Shown: in pieces, positions 25,901 through 38,123 of the stretch
How positions within the stretch are numbered: the first letter of the stretch is position 1
How the letters are laid out: the number at the start of each line of letters is the position of its first letter
DNA from: Mytilus trossulus
Taxonomy: Eukaryota
Direction of reading: 5' to 3'
NCBI RefSeq assembly: GCF_036588685.1
Contig: NC_086375.1
Coordinates: 15,934,001 to 15,998,000, forward strand
DNA length: 64,000 nt
Translations under genes and position numbers: made by a program
The notes under the pieces: model-generated
The model's input: the letters and a program-made list of their open reading frames with translations, nothing else
The model's database searches: none
Told to the model about the DNA's origin: nothing

Positions 25901-28900
25901 TGTACTTATTATAGAAATAGGTCATGATAAAAATATGTAGCATTCGGATTGAGCTCAATATAAGAAAGGTATACTTCTTAAATATCGAAGTAACAAAAAC
26001 TATAAGCATGTACAACATTTTAGTATTTTACCCTGATATTGTTTCAGACAATCCACAAAACATTCTTCATGTGAATGCTAAAATGTCAGACGAAAGTGGA
26101 ATCACAGCCGAAGTTTTCAGAGATGTGGACAGTAAGAGAGTTTCCGATACGCTCATCAACCTGAAACTGAAGACTTCCAAGATACTCCATACACGTGTAC
26201 ATTGGAACCCAGATCTTTTGAAAACCGTAAAGGTTTGTTGTACATTAAAAATTATGGGAAAACATTCATCAGTGTTAAACATGAAATTCCTTAATTACAA
26301 ATTAAGCAAAACATTTATCTTTTTTACATCAGTAACTTGTTAAGGTGGAAATAATAAGATAAACTAATCAAACAAAATAACAACTTCATTAATATTACAA
26401 TTATGAATAGAAATTATATAGAAACAAATTGAATTTAAAAAAAAAGTCTTTTGGTTTTTGCATTATTTTTCTTTTAAATAATACGTCCGTTGTTTAAGCT
26501 AATCATAATGTCTTCTTTTGTAGTCTGTTGGTTTGAACAAGATTCATAAATATGGCAATGGCATTAACAAAGCACTTCAAACATCATGGATTGCTGTAGA
26601 ACAGGAGGTCCAATCAAAACACAGATTGATCATATCTGCTATCAAAGAAGACATGAAACCATACATCAATTTTATGTCAGCTAGAGTTACCGAACTTCAA
26701 AAAATGAGACGCAATAATGATTACTACTTAAATGATATCGTAGGACATTTCCAAACAACACAAACTGTTATCAGGTAGTTAAAACCAAATCATTATCTTT
26801 AATTTTGTTTCGTTAATTTTCACTATTATTGCAATTCAAAGTTTTGTTACTTCTTTAAATATAATACAAAATAAAGATGTTACTATAACAATAAGTAAAA
26901 AATATTCACAGTAATACCGAAAGTTAAATCTTAAACAGTTATGTGTAAAACATGTAGAGAAGTCTAAAAACTAATAGAAGGAGTGTCAACAAATGGTGAA
27001 ATATCAAAACGAGCTTAAGAAGTTAAATACTTTTAATTAAACACTTTTAATTTCTATGAAAATGTTTGACTATAATTCTGACAATTTCCTTTATTATTTT
27101 AGACATCAGATGAAATCACTTGAGAATGAAATCAACAGTCTAACAAAAGATATGGACTGGACACTATTTAATTTGTATCTTGCTGAAATTACTGAATTAG
27201 TAAAGGTATATTTATTTCTGTGATTTTGTTTTAAGTTTTGCACTCATATTGTTTTATAGCGTTTCTATTTGTATATGATTGCTATTCCTTGTCTTAAACA
27301 TTTTACAACAATAACAACTATGAATTATAACATTTTACTACAATAACAATAATGAATTGTAACATTTCACTAAAATAACAACTATGAATTGTAACAGTTT
27401 ATTACAATAACAACTAAACAACTTTGAATTTGAATATTTCACTAGAATAACTACGATTTGTAACATAACACTACAATAACAACCATGAATTGCATCAACA
27501 AACTTTATAATATTTTTTCTTCTTTAAGAAGAATAACACATTAATATTTTATTTACATTACAGTTAATGGAAGACATGTCATTACAGTACTACTCTGAAG
27601 TTTTAGATTTTACACAGTCACAGACAACACAGCTGTCAAACACCATTGAAGGAGTATATACAAAATATGGAAAACAAGTAACAGGTATACATCAATATCA
27701 ATGATTAATTGATACTCAGGATATAAATATCAGATACTACTCCGTAAATAGAAACGATGAATTAAACCTAATATAAAGTACAAAAGTATGTAAAAGGAAA
27801 ACATTAATACTAAAGTCCAATTTAAAAGCTTTTTATTTTGCCATTTAAATTAGGGACTTTCCTTTTAAAACATTTCTCGGAGTTCGGTATTTTTGTTATT
27901 TTACTTTTTTACGATTTGATGTATTTTCAAGTTTAAACTATTTCTTATCTATCTTTCAGATTCAGTTGCATCTATTTCAAGCAATAAAATTTTGGAATCA
28001 GTTCGTTCAAGATTACCAACAATTCCAATGAAACAAATGGCTGACAGATACAACACAGTTATCTACAATGCAAGAGAATCAATCAATACTGGGCTAATAA
28101 AAACACTTCCAACCCCAGTATATCATATGGTGAGTTATACATTTGAAATATACTCCCAACCCCCAGTATATAATATTGTGAGTTCTACATTGGAAATCCA
28201 TCTTTAACTTGTAGACATCTTCAAAGTATATCATTAAAATGCTAAAAAAAAATATCAGCAAAGCAAAATTTGATTATAATTTAAATGAAACCTATTTTTT
28301 GTTGAATTCTATCATTTTTTTTATAAGTTGGTTATCTTTTATTGTGTTCAAAGTTAATTCGATAAACTAAGTGGTATTTGAATGTTTCTTCTGTTCTTTT
28401 CAGGCTTCATCAGCATATAAATACTGGGAGATTGAAGAAAACATCATATCAGTTTTTATCAAATTCGTCAATTTTATTAAAAAAGACATTGGAGACGAAT
28501 TCAGTAATATCAAATACTTAATTACTGATGTTAAGAAAACAAAAGTCACAGTATATGACCCAAAGAAAGGTCACTTTGAAATGGACATTTATCTTCCACT
28601 AGAAATGAAATCTTTAACAGAAGTAAAAAGGATAGCCAATCCAATTGAGAATCTCAGATCTTACATTCCACAATCTAATCCACTCCCATCCTTGGGCGAT
28701 ATTTGGTCTCATGCAGTTATTCCATCGTTTGGTGGTGAGTAAAATAAAGAGATCGACGTACCGTTTGAATGCAAAACCAAACATTTTTTTTTATAATACT
28801 CCTAATTAACGAGTTCAACGTTCTAAATGACTAACCCGTATGCTATTTTTGTAATTTTTGTAATACTATGCACAGCATACATATGAATTTATGTTTGAAC

Positions 28901-30111
28901 TTAAACTTCATTTTTCATGTATATTGCATTCTTTATTCAGATGATTATTTAAGTCAATTTGACGCAGCGATCATTGCATTTGTATCATATTCAGTTCTAT
29001 GATATTATAAAGTTAAAATATATGATAGATAAATAATTATGGAAATTTCACGCTCAAGAGAGCCGAAAGATACCAAAGAAACAATCAAATTCATAAGTCG
29101 ATAATTAATTGACAACGTCATGACAAAAAAACAACAACACCGGAACAAAACAATCACAAAATTTAACTTAAAGCAACAAATAAGAATAGGCAAGTTTGTG
29201 CACAGTATCAAATTCGTATACTACTTGGTTATGAGTATGTTTCCACATCTCCATTTACAAAAATGTGTACCAAATTAATTGAATATATTTCAGCTCATGC
29301 TTACATCAAGGGAGATCATTTCACCACCTTTGATGGACAAGAATTCGATTTCAATGGAAGATGCAGCTATGTCCTTGCACGTGACTTTGGCAAGGACAAG
29401 TTCAGTATCATTCTTAATTACATGGGACGACAGAGCAAAAAATTGGTTGTCATGACCTCCACACAAAATGTTCAAGTTGCTCCAAATGGAAAGGTAAATA
29501 TTCTTCGGATCTTATGTAACTAAGTTTCTTAAAGTTTAAAAGATGCATTTAAATTATCAAACTTCATCTGAGAAAATAAATGAATTTTATAAACTTTGCC
29601 ACAGACGATATATTCTTTTCTGCATGTATTGAATTCATTGTATTGCTAATTCATGATGAGTGCTTTCCGTGTAAAAATTAGGATTTGATGTTCAATAACA
29701 AATATTTATACCAAATTAAATAAACGATTATCTTCCTTTTTAATGTTTTCTGCTTTCTTAAAAACAGCGTATGAATATTCCCTTCGCAATACTATTATTT
29801 ATGTGTTATATTATTTTCAGGTCCGTGTTGATGGAGTAGAGAGCAAGCTTCCATATGCCTCAAACGAGATTAAAATTTCACAAGTAGGAGACAACATTTA
29901 CGTCGATGGAAATGGTTTTGGTGTTGTCAACAATATCAAATCCGCGTCCTATGACATTGAACTCAGCCATTGGTTCCATGGAAGAACAGGTGGTCTGCTT
30001 GGTGTCCATGACAACGAGAGATTTGACGACATGATGATGTCTAACAAACAGATCACATCTGATGCCAACGCTCTGGCCAATTCTTGGAAAGTCCAAGAAA
30101 AATGCCGTTAA
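4903..30111 (+). CDS. Apolipophorin/apoB-like large lipid transfer protein (vitellogenin superfamily), 28 exons, ~5,290 aa, one frameshift in this assembly
   Basis: GT-AG exons in consistent phase: 4903-4954, 5383-5430, 5913-6073, 6245-6493, 6775-6927, 7109-7304, 8132-8384, 8805-8970, 9215-9388, 9523-9669, 10003-10572, 10824-11167, 11701-11883, 12173-12434, 12657-12804, 13045-13293, 13755-14012, 14125 (or 14118)-24234, 24509-24844, 25289-25454, 26048-26232, 26524-26774, 27103-27205, 27564-27684, 27960-28129, 28404-28734, 29294-29493, 29821-30111. Signal peptide MGLKLLILCALVVLNQA. LLTP motifs FGYETGKTYDYDY, EMDVTGSC, LRAFGNAG, DSEIRIAAYLGLM, EEVNQVGSFVWTHL, SFLPRSA, MYLRIFGNEL, PTMSGFPL. VWD motifs HFTTFDG...CSYVLARD and GLLG. 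Confidence 0.93.
7329..7813 (+). mobile_element. Intronic non-autonomous element with inverted repeat, CCAAT motif, 73-bp tandem repeats and terminal palindrome (element A)
   Basis: TTATTATACT (7329) is inverted at AGTATAATAA (7661). ATTTTGATTGG at 7356. 73-bp units start at 7387, 7460 and 7533. Palindrome 7673-7813 is centred on GGC-TTC-GCC (7740-7748). Confidence 0.75.
8442..8516. repeat. 25-bp tandem repeat x3 (intron 7)
   Basis: TGCCATTTACGACCTCAGTACTGTA at 8442, 8467 and 8492. Confidence 0.95.
14125..18730 (+). CDS. Giant exon 18, 5' reading frame (amphipathic beta-strand region)
   Basis: ORF 14127-18800 shows alternating hydrophobic/polar pattern and recurring (K/E)TPF and H.G motifs. 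The pattern ends at ...ADVSFNT. Confidence 0.9.
18730..24234 (+). CDS. Giant exon 18, 3' reading frame (after +1 frameshift)
   Basis: ORF 18703-24255 continues the same pattern from SGVEGQLTLQTPY. Donor CAG|GTAATG at 24234 is in phase with the next exon. Confidence 0.9.
24905..24971. repeat. 21-bp tandem repeat x3 (intron)
   Basis: TAATGCCATATAACACCCGAA at 24905, 24926 and 24947. Confidence 0.95.
27305..27492. repeat. Degenerate ~32-bp AT-rich minisatellite (intron)
   Basis: Repeated ACAATAACAACTATGAATTGTAACATT-like units. Confidence 0.7.
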
Positions 30112-30231
30112 CTATAGAACTTATACCGAGAGAGATTAAGTTTTGTTTATGTTGATTATTTGTTAATTGTTAACTTTTGATTCTTATTTATTTCTTCATT
30201 TATTTATTTTTGTGTATAAACATTCGATTAT

Positions 30232-30237
30232 AATAAA
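30232..30237 (+). terminator. Polyadenylation signal of the LLTP gene
   Basis: AATAAA 121 nt after the stop codon, followed by a T/GT-rich tract. Confidence 0.65.
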
Positions 30238-33200
30238 TTAAGAGCAGCATTTCTTCTGTTTGTATCACTCATAAATGAGCCATTAAGAAAATAACGTTTA
30301 CTGCAGCAATTTAATCTAGACTACTTAAAAAGGTTGAATAAGGATGGCAAACCGAGAAATTCAACAAAAGCACTATCGATACGGTAGTATATCAAATGTC
30401 TAACTTCGTCTAGATATTTTCCAAAAGAAAGTGTAATACAGCTTAATATGTCTTTTTGTTATTGTTGTCTATGGTTTGATGGTACATTGACGTATACCCG
30501 ATATTTCATTTCACTCATACGTTTCATACATATTTTAAACATATGGTTTTTATGCTTTTAACATGATTTGGTCTAGAATTAACTGATTTTAATAATTATG
30601 TGTACCTTTTTGATATTCAGCTAATGACGTAAAAAAGATGAGATGTTTAGGGCTCAAAATTATGTTTAACCCCGACGCATGTTAACTTTACTGTCCAACG
30701 ACAGAAACCTCATCAGTCCTTCAATATTTTCAAAACAATTGTGATAGAAAAACAAAAGTTATGCGGTAACCATTCATTAGACAACATCAGTGCATGTGCT
30801 GCAAAAAAAAAAACCACTTATAGCAAAGGAAAGTTCTTTTATTGCTGTTCTACATCTCAATGTCAAAGTGAGGGCTTCAACACGGAACTAAAAATATCTT
30901 AGCTAATTGAAAGTATAAGACGCCCCTAAACACCTTGTGTCTTGTTTTAACATATGAACATACTGGCGATGACCGACCTTTTAGTAAATTCATACTCTTA
31001 AATACATTCACAACTTGGCGAAATTATTTTCATGTACCATTGTTGATAAAATTAATGTAGCATCCTACCAGTAGTTATGTATGATTCTTCAATCTCGTGT
31101 CAACGAACATGCGTGAAAAAGTTTTTTACACTTAACTGTCGAAATTTGCATATGGTGTAAATTAATAAACTCATCATAGATACCAGGATTAAAATTTTAT
31201 ATTGCTATATAAATGAGAGGCGGCGAGATAACACAAAAGAATTAATATTGAAACTCATAAGTCAAAGAAAAACTGACAAAGCCAAGGTAAAAACGGATGT
31301 TGATTTCTGAATAACGAGACAACTATCCATCAGAGTTTAAATGACGAGTATTAAAGCAATTATAGGTCACTGTACGATTTTATGATTTTTCTTTCCTTTT
31401 AATGAAAAATTGACCGCTTAAGAAGAAAAGTACAAATTGCCAAGTTCGTAACGGCACAGTACCCAAATAGCACCGAGTACCCAAATAGCACCTATTCCAG
31501 AAAAATAGCTGTGGAAATCTTACAAGTTTTCTTTGAGACTAAACATGTATGTTTATGATTCAACATTGTACACGTCTTTTAACAAAGCTTCAATATACAC
31601 AAAATGTTCACAGTAAATACCAACAGATGAAGCTTTGACTCGAGTAAATCTACAGAAACGTCCTCATGGGACGTTTTCAAAAAGTTATCTTTAAAAAATA
31701 AGCAAAATAAACATGTTACAAGCATCCGTTACTTATAAAATGGATAGTTAACATGGACTAATGTCAAATTGTTCTAAATATTTGAAGAAATGGAACAAAA
31801 CATCTGTTGTTCAAATTTAAGGATGTGAATTTAAGCATGGATACATTTTAGGTACTGTTCACTACGGAATCCTAGGTCGTTCGGAGGTCGCTTCAAACGA
31901 TTTTTCGTTTGATTCGATGTGGATTCACATTTAAATCGGTGTAACTATAAAGAATGGAAACTTTTGTCTGGATCATACAAAAACGTAGGTGAAAAAACTG
32001 TCAAAATAGGTGCAACTTCGGTACAACCACGTTATTCTTGAATTATTTTACTTCAGTCTCGATAGGCTTTGAACATTTTTTATGAAGATGTTCTTTATAA
32101 TTAAGGATGTTTTGCAACTTTATTATATCAAATTCGTGTTAGCAAATTATTTTTACTCAAAACTGCTGTCCTGCCTTTTTTTCATACTTTTTTCATTCTA
32201 CCCCCTCCCCCCTCTTTTAAAAATTCAAATGGTAGCTCCATTATTATTTAATTTAAGGCTAGAGCATGGGTAAAGGGTGAATTTGAATTAATAGAGAAAT
32301 ATTCACAAAATAGTCGATTATGGTATTTGAAAATACATGTGGATCTTTTTTTGTGCGTAGTCATAAATTCCGTCAAAAACTCCACAGAAAGATAAAAAAT
32401 TTACAACATTAATTTGCATCTCGAAAAAAAACACTTAAAAAAGTGAATAATCTTATTCAAATGGGAAATCCGTGTACATGTTTTTTTTATGTTCAGACGT
32501 GTTTAAAAATCGACGTTTATGAAAAATTATGAAGCAACTCTACTAGTATTTTATATAATAATCTCGCTTCCGTTCTATAGATTTTCAAGCTTAATTGACA
32601 GCGCGTCATCTCTTCACTGGCTTCTAATTTCATTATTGAAAAAAATAAGTGGCGAAATGGGGAAATATTTTTGTCGAGGTAGAATACTGACTATTTACCT
32701 TTTTTCATATATCATCATTATAATCCTTATAAAGCAATTGTATTTTACCAGACAAAATTTCTATCAGCTATAAAGGCATCATTTCATGTACATGTACTTC
32801 AAGGTCGGCATGGTCAACTTTTCAATATAATAATGTCAACCTGTAGTCTTAACATATAACAATAATTTAGTATTTTCATTTATCTATACTGTAAACGAAT
32901 TTAGAGATCGAAAAAATAAAAATAAAAAAACAGTAAAATCAGTGTTAATTTTTCAATACAAAAAATATTTTATTAAGGTTAAAACTGAACTTATAGTCAT
33001 GAAATATTTGCCACTTGATAATAGACAAACAAATAACTTCCAATCTTGTATAAAATTATAGCCATATCCGTTTACTGTTTACATAAGCAATACTATTTGT
33101 AATTACATATTCATAAAACAGGGGTTTTTTTTGTCTGTAAATAATTACATGTAATTATTTTTATTTGTGGTCTTTGTTGCATCTTTTGATCACAACTTAT

Positions 33201-34734
33201 CGCTTGTATTTTGAACAACACAAGCAAACATGCGACACGAAAAATTACTTTAGCAACCAACACCCCCTCTGTTGGCATTGACACTGTCACAGGAAGGTAC
33301 CATTTTTCACTAATCCGATTTACCAGCAATGTTTGCTGTTGTAAACTTATTCTAACAGATTCATCACAGAGAAAGCGTCAAACTTTACAAAGTTCTATTT
33401 GGGTTACCATGCTGTCTTTTGCGTTCAACGTAATAACTTTAAATAATTCACTCTTCATTTAAGTAGTGTATGAACATTGCTGTATATAGACAAAATAACT
33501 GAATGTTCCTTATAAAATAATTCTGTACACTGAACCAAGCATATCACACACAATGGTCTTGTCAACGTATATTTGTTCCACCTAACAGAAGTTCACATGG
33601 AAACTTAACAGAAGTTCACATGGAAACTTTGTTATAAACAATGTCATAATACCTGTACCTGTTGGAAAAAAATATTCTATACTATTTATTCCGTTAGGAA
33701 CATCTACTGTAATATTTATTCCCCTGGAAATAATATTCCAGAATATTTTTTCCATTTGTAACTTAAATTATGAAGGAACTTTTATTCTGTGACAGTCTAA
33801 GCGGTAAAGCCTTACTGGTGCCTTAACTTTCTAATTTCTCTTCTTTGGGAGAGATACGTAGCTGTATATTGTCATATTAGCTTTTCAATTTCGAGGCTTT
33901 ACTAAGAACTACGAGACCAACCGTTAAACTTTAAAACTTAATAAAAAAACACCAATATTTACACAATTAAACTTTTATCAAAAAGTAGTCTAAAAACTAT
34001 AACATCAAATAATCCTTTATCCTTTCACTGACTCAGAGGTCCTGACTTGATCAACAAAGCTTCAAACCAAAGGTTCCTTAGACAAACTAGTTTTGAAACA
34101 CCAAGTCTCCGAAGCACCTACGTCACCAGATTATTACAAGCTACCTGTTTCAGGAACTGTGACCTATTTCAGAGGAAAATTACAGTTTCATAACAACCCG
34201 GCAGCTTCCAGCAATCGTGAAACACCTAGTCTCCGAAGCTTTGATGTTTTCATTATCCACAGCCAAATAGAAATGACAAACTTGCATGATGATGGAAGTT
34301 TTTAACGACCTAGACTGGCTATACAGCCCTTGTAAGGTCGGGTCACAAACTTGCACAATGAATCGGTGTCTTTATGTATATGAAGAGCACGGACCTGAAG
34401 GAGAGCACCCTAGCATTAACAAGTTTATAGCAACCAAGGATAAAAGGATGATTTTCTATGAAGTTTTCTTAAACGCATTGTTCAAACGGAAATGTATTAT
34501 GGATTGCAATTCAACTGTTACATTGATTAACAAATATTGTCTTATGCTTAAACTGCATTTTTGTCACATTTCAAACTAATACAAAAGACTCCATGGTGGT
34601 TCTATCGTGTATGTCATGCTTAACAAGACCAACAATTAGACTGTTATTTGTTTTTGTTTTACCGTGACCCCAATTTCTATGTCATAAACAAAAAACTCAA
34701 ATCAGAAGATTCTACGTCTATACTATGAATGACA

Positions 34735-35000
34735 AATAAAATCGTCATATATACTAGGATAGAAATTTTTATTTGCATCAGACGCGCGTTTGTCTACATA
34801 AGACTCATCAGTGACTCTCGAATAAAAAAAAGTTAAGAGACCATATAAAGTACGATGTTGGAGAGTAGTAAGCACCAAATATTCATAAAAGTTATGTCAA
34901 ATATAGCTAAAGTAATCTATTACTGGGGTAGTAAAGCCTTAGTATTTAAAAAAATACAAAAAAAAAAAATATAAAAAAAGTTTTGTTAACAGTTTATTCA
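34735..35000 (-). mobile_element. Retrozyme-like repeat with a degenerate minimal type I hammerhead ribozyme (core 34778-34815)
   Basis: The - strand reads GTCA-CTGATGA-GTCT-TATGT-AGAC-AAAC-GCGC-GTC-TGA. This gives the CUGAUGA box, stem II GTCT/AGAC, palindromic stem III ACGCGCGT and a GUC site. The G of the GAAA box is missing. Confidence 0.7.
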
Positions 35001-36838
35001 CCATATCTTTAATGATAATAGTACTGACTACTAAATGAGTTACAGTATCATACTATACACTTTGCAAGAGAGTTAAGGCCTATTTAAAATTTAATAACAC
35101 GCCGAAAATAATTTTTCTTTTTAAATATTTGATGACCTCCTTTTCAAAGTATTTTTCGCCCGAATTGGATTTGAGCTTATAAAATTAAGTAAAGATTATA
35201 AAAGCCAATGAAGGGTCTAGTTCGGCACCATGCAGTAGAGGAAAAAAACTATTTCAAAAGGCGGGAGGGTCATTCCCATAATTTTCATTATCGTTTTGAT
35301 TTTGCATAAATCATGGATGAAGTATATATATTTGAAGTACATACTTATTTGTCTCCCATGTACCATATTTGTTCCGATTTTGTAACAAACAAAATTCAGT
35401 GACCATCTAAATGTTAGAAATCACCGAAAATAAGAAATTTCACTATCAAAATTGATATAAACAACGTTTCAACCGGCTGCATTTGTTTGCACCTGTCTTA
35501 AGTCAGGAACCTGATGGTCAGTGGTTGTCGTTTGTTTATGTGGTTCATAAGTGTTTCTCGTTTCTCGGGTTTTTTTCATTGATCAGACCGTTGGTTTTCC
35601 TGTTTCAATGGTTTTACACAAGTCAGTGTTCGGATCCTTTATAACTTACTGTTAGGAGTGTTGAAGACCTTACTTTGACCTACAATGGTTTACTACTACA
35701 AATTGTTACTTGAATGAACAGTTGTCTCATTTGCAATCCGACTAAAACAGACATTATGTATACGCTCTTGATGAATTAAATACACTGTCGAACGTATGTT
35801 GCTACCCCTTACATGTAAACCTTTTTCAAAGTTCCTGAAATTTTTTTTCGAAGGGAAGTGAAATAAATGATAAATTTGCCTTCCATTGAAATAGTATAAT
35901 TATGATAAAATCAACCTTAGGAAAAAGATGTTTTTCGCTTTACAATGTGTGATTTAAAGTTGAAAAAATTGGGAAAATGGGGACCGCCAGCGGAAACCCT
36001 GTGTGAGGACACCCTATCAAGCTTGTGCTCGTGTTGTGTTAAAACATTTTTAGTATGCTGAAAAATACCAACATTAGAAAAATAAACAAATATTCGATAT
36101 TGTAAAATATCATTGGTTGAAGAGCCAATGATTGACATACATGTATATACATAAATATATTATCCATAAAATACAACTAATTTAATTTACACCACAACTG
36201 TTGGAAAAAACCTTTATGTCTATCATGTATATAACTTATCTCATTCTAGTCCATTCAACTGACAGAATCAGTGTAAATTTCATGAATTCTTTAATATCCT
36301 GTACATGTATAATCAAGGACCTTTTATATAGCAATATCTGTTAGCCATTTAGAGGTCTTTTGCATTTAAAGTTCAGTTTAAGTGGGCTTATTTTGGGAAA
36401 ACGAAGTCAATTTCCAGATCATAGTTTACATTTTCTTTATATTTTGCTGTGTCAAAATAACCTCAATATCAAGGACAATATATAGACCCAAAAACCGTTT
36501 ATCACATTCTACACATGAGATTTTAGCAGGAAAGACTGTGATTGGAGTATTTAACCATTGCAACTTTTTAATTTGATCTCCTCCACTAATTGAATTAGAA
36601 TATTTAATGAAGGTGTGTCCACAATTTAGAATATGTTTATATATGTATAGAAATGATGTTGAACCTGTTTTATAAATTGAAAAGGTTACATTTTCCGCCT
36701 TATTTCAAAATCTAAGCTTGAACCTCTGCGGTCTTACAAAGTTGCCCCCTGCCGGGAATCTGGTTGTAACATGTACAACAATCAAAGATCAACCCACACT
36801 AAACTGAATGTAATTGAAAGACATCTAGTGGTTGATAT

Positions 36839-36985
36839 CAGAGGCGGATTAAGGGGGGGGGGGGCTGCTTTTTGAGAAAAAAATTGGTTGCTTATATCGG
36901 GAATCACTGAATCATGACTTGAGCGAGCCCCCTCTTAGGTCATTCAGTGGGCCCCCACTTAAGAAAATTTCTGGATCCGCCACTG
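36839..36985. mobile_element. MITE with CAG(A/T)GGCGGAT terminal inverted repeats
   Basis: CAGAGGCGGATT...ATCCGCCACTG, with GATAT on both flanks. A more decayed relative in opposite orientation lies at ~1095-1245. Confidence 0.7.
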
Positions 36986-38123
36986 GATATACAGTATCTA
37001 ACAGAAGATGAAAAAGGGAACAATATGGTGAATTTTAGAGATTTATATTATTTCATGTACATGCATTTGAAATATATCAGATATATTGTTTGATTTTTTT
37101 TAGTTCTAAGTTCCATGGTGACTTAGCTTCCATTTTAGAAATCGGATTTAAATGCTAGTCTATCAGAGGGATTTTTCCTTTTAATTGGTTGTAGATATGG
37201 AATCTTATTTTACCATGAAGTCAGATTTGAAAATGACTTTGGGAATGAAGATGTTGTAAAGACTGAATGTCAGTTTTAGTCTTATATACAAACATGTATG
37301 TACTTTATAATTTTAGTCTTGCATGTATATAATTATGTGTACAATACATATATCACTGATTCAGTGGCAATGGTAAAGAGACACTGACAAGTCTTAGATC
37401 TATAATATTTTATAGTTTTGAATGTTTTGTCCATTGACTAAAACTAGGTGGAGGTTTGTGTGTTCTTATTTCCAACAGAGGTACACTCAACATATATCAA
37501 TATGTGCATTAAGCAAATTGATAGTTGCTAGATACGGAATGATTATACAACAAGAAAGTTTTAACCTGTGTATATATATACTTAAAATATGTTAAAAAAA
37601 ATCATGTCTTTTTCAGGACTTCCGAATCCAACCATGTAGTATGGAATGTCGTTGAGATATGGTTTTGGTCAATGGATGTTAATGAAGGACCTGTAGTACA
37701 AAGTATATCACTGGATTTAGCTCTTTGTCTAAGTGTATTATTAAAGTACTTTGCTTTGAGCTCAGTTCATTGTTATGCAATTCATTCTTTGTGAAATAAA
37801 GATTTGACAGAAAACTCTCATGTACAAGGATTTGTCAAAGTAGTACCACCTCTATTTACAATGTAAGTATTGGGGAGATAAAAGCATTCTATTTTGATTT
37901 GAACCAAATATATTATAAAAAAAAAAGAACAAATTTACCCGAGAATGCTACTCCCACTACTAGCAATATGATGCTAGGTTGTTTTAATACATCTGTAGAC
38001 TGTACTGCCTACTTATGACTCGGTCCTGAGTGTAAATGGTCCTTCAACTATGTGGGAAAAAAATTATAAGGCCTATCTAGGCTTATCAATTTTGAAACTA
38101 TATTTCATTGTACATATTTGAAA

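Noticed and set aside
37617-37862. Possible exon between TTTCAG and GTAAGT
   Set aside because: There are stops in all three frames, no recognisable motif and no partner exons.
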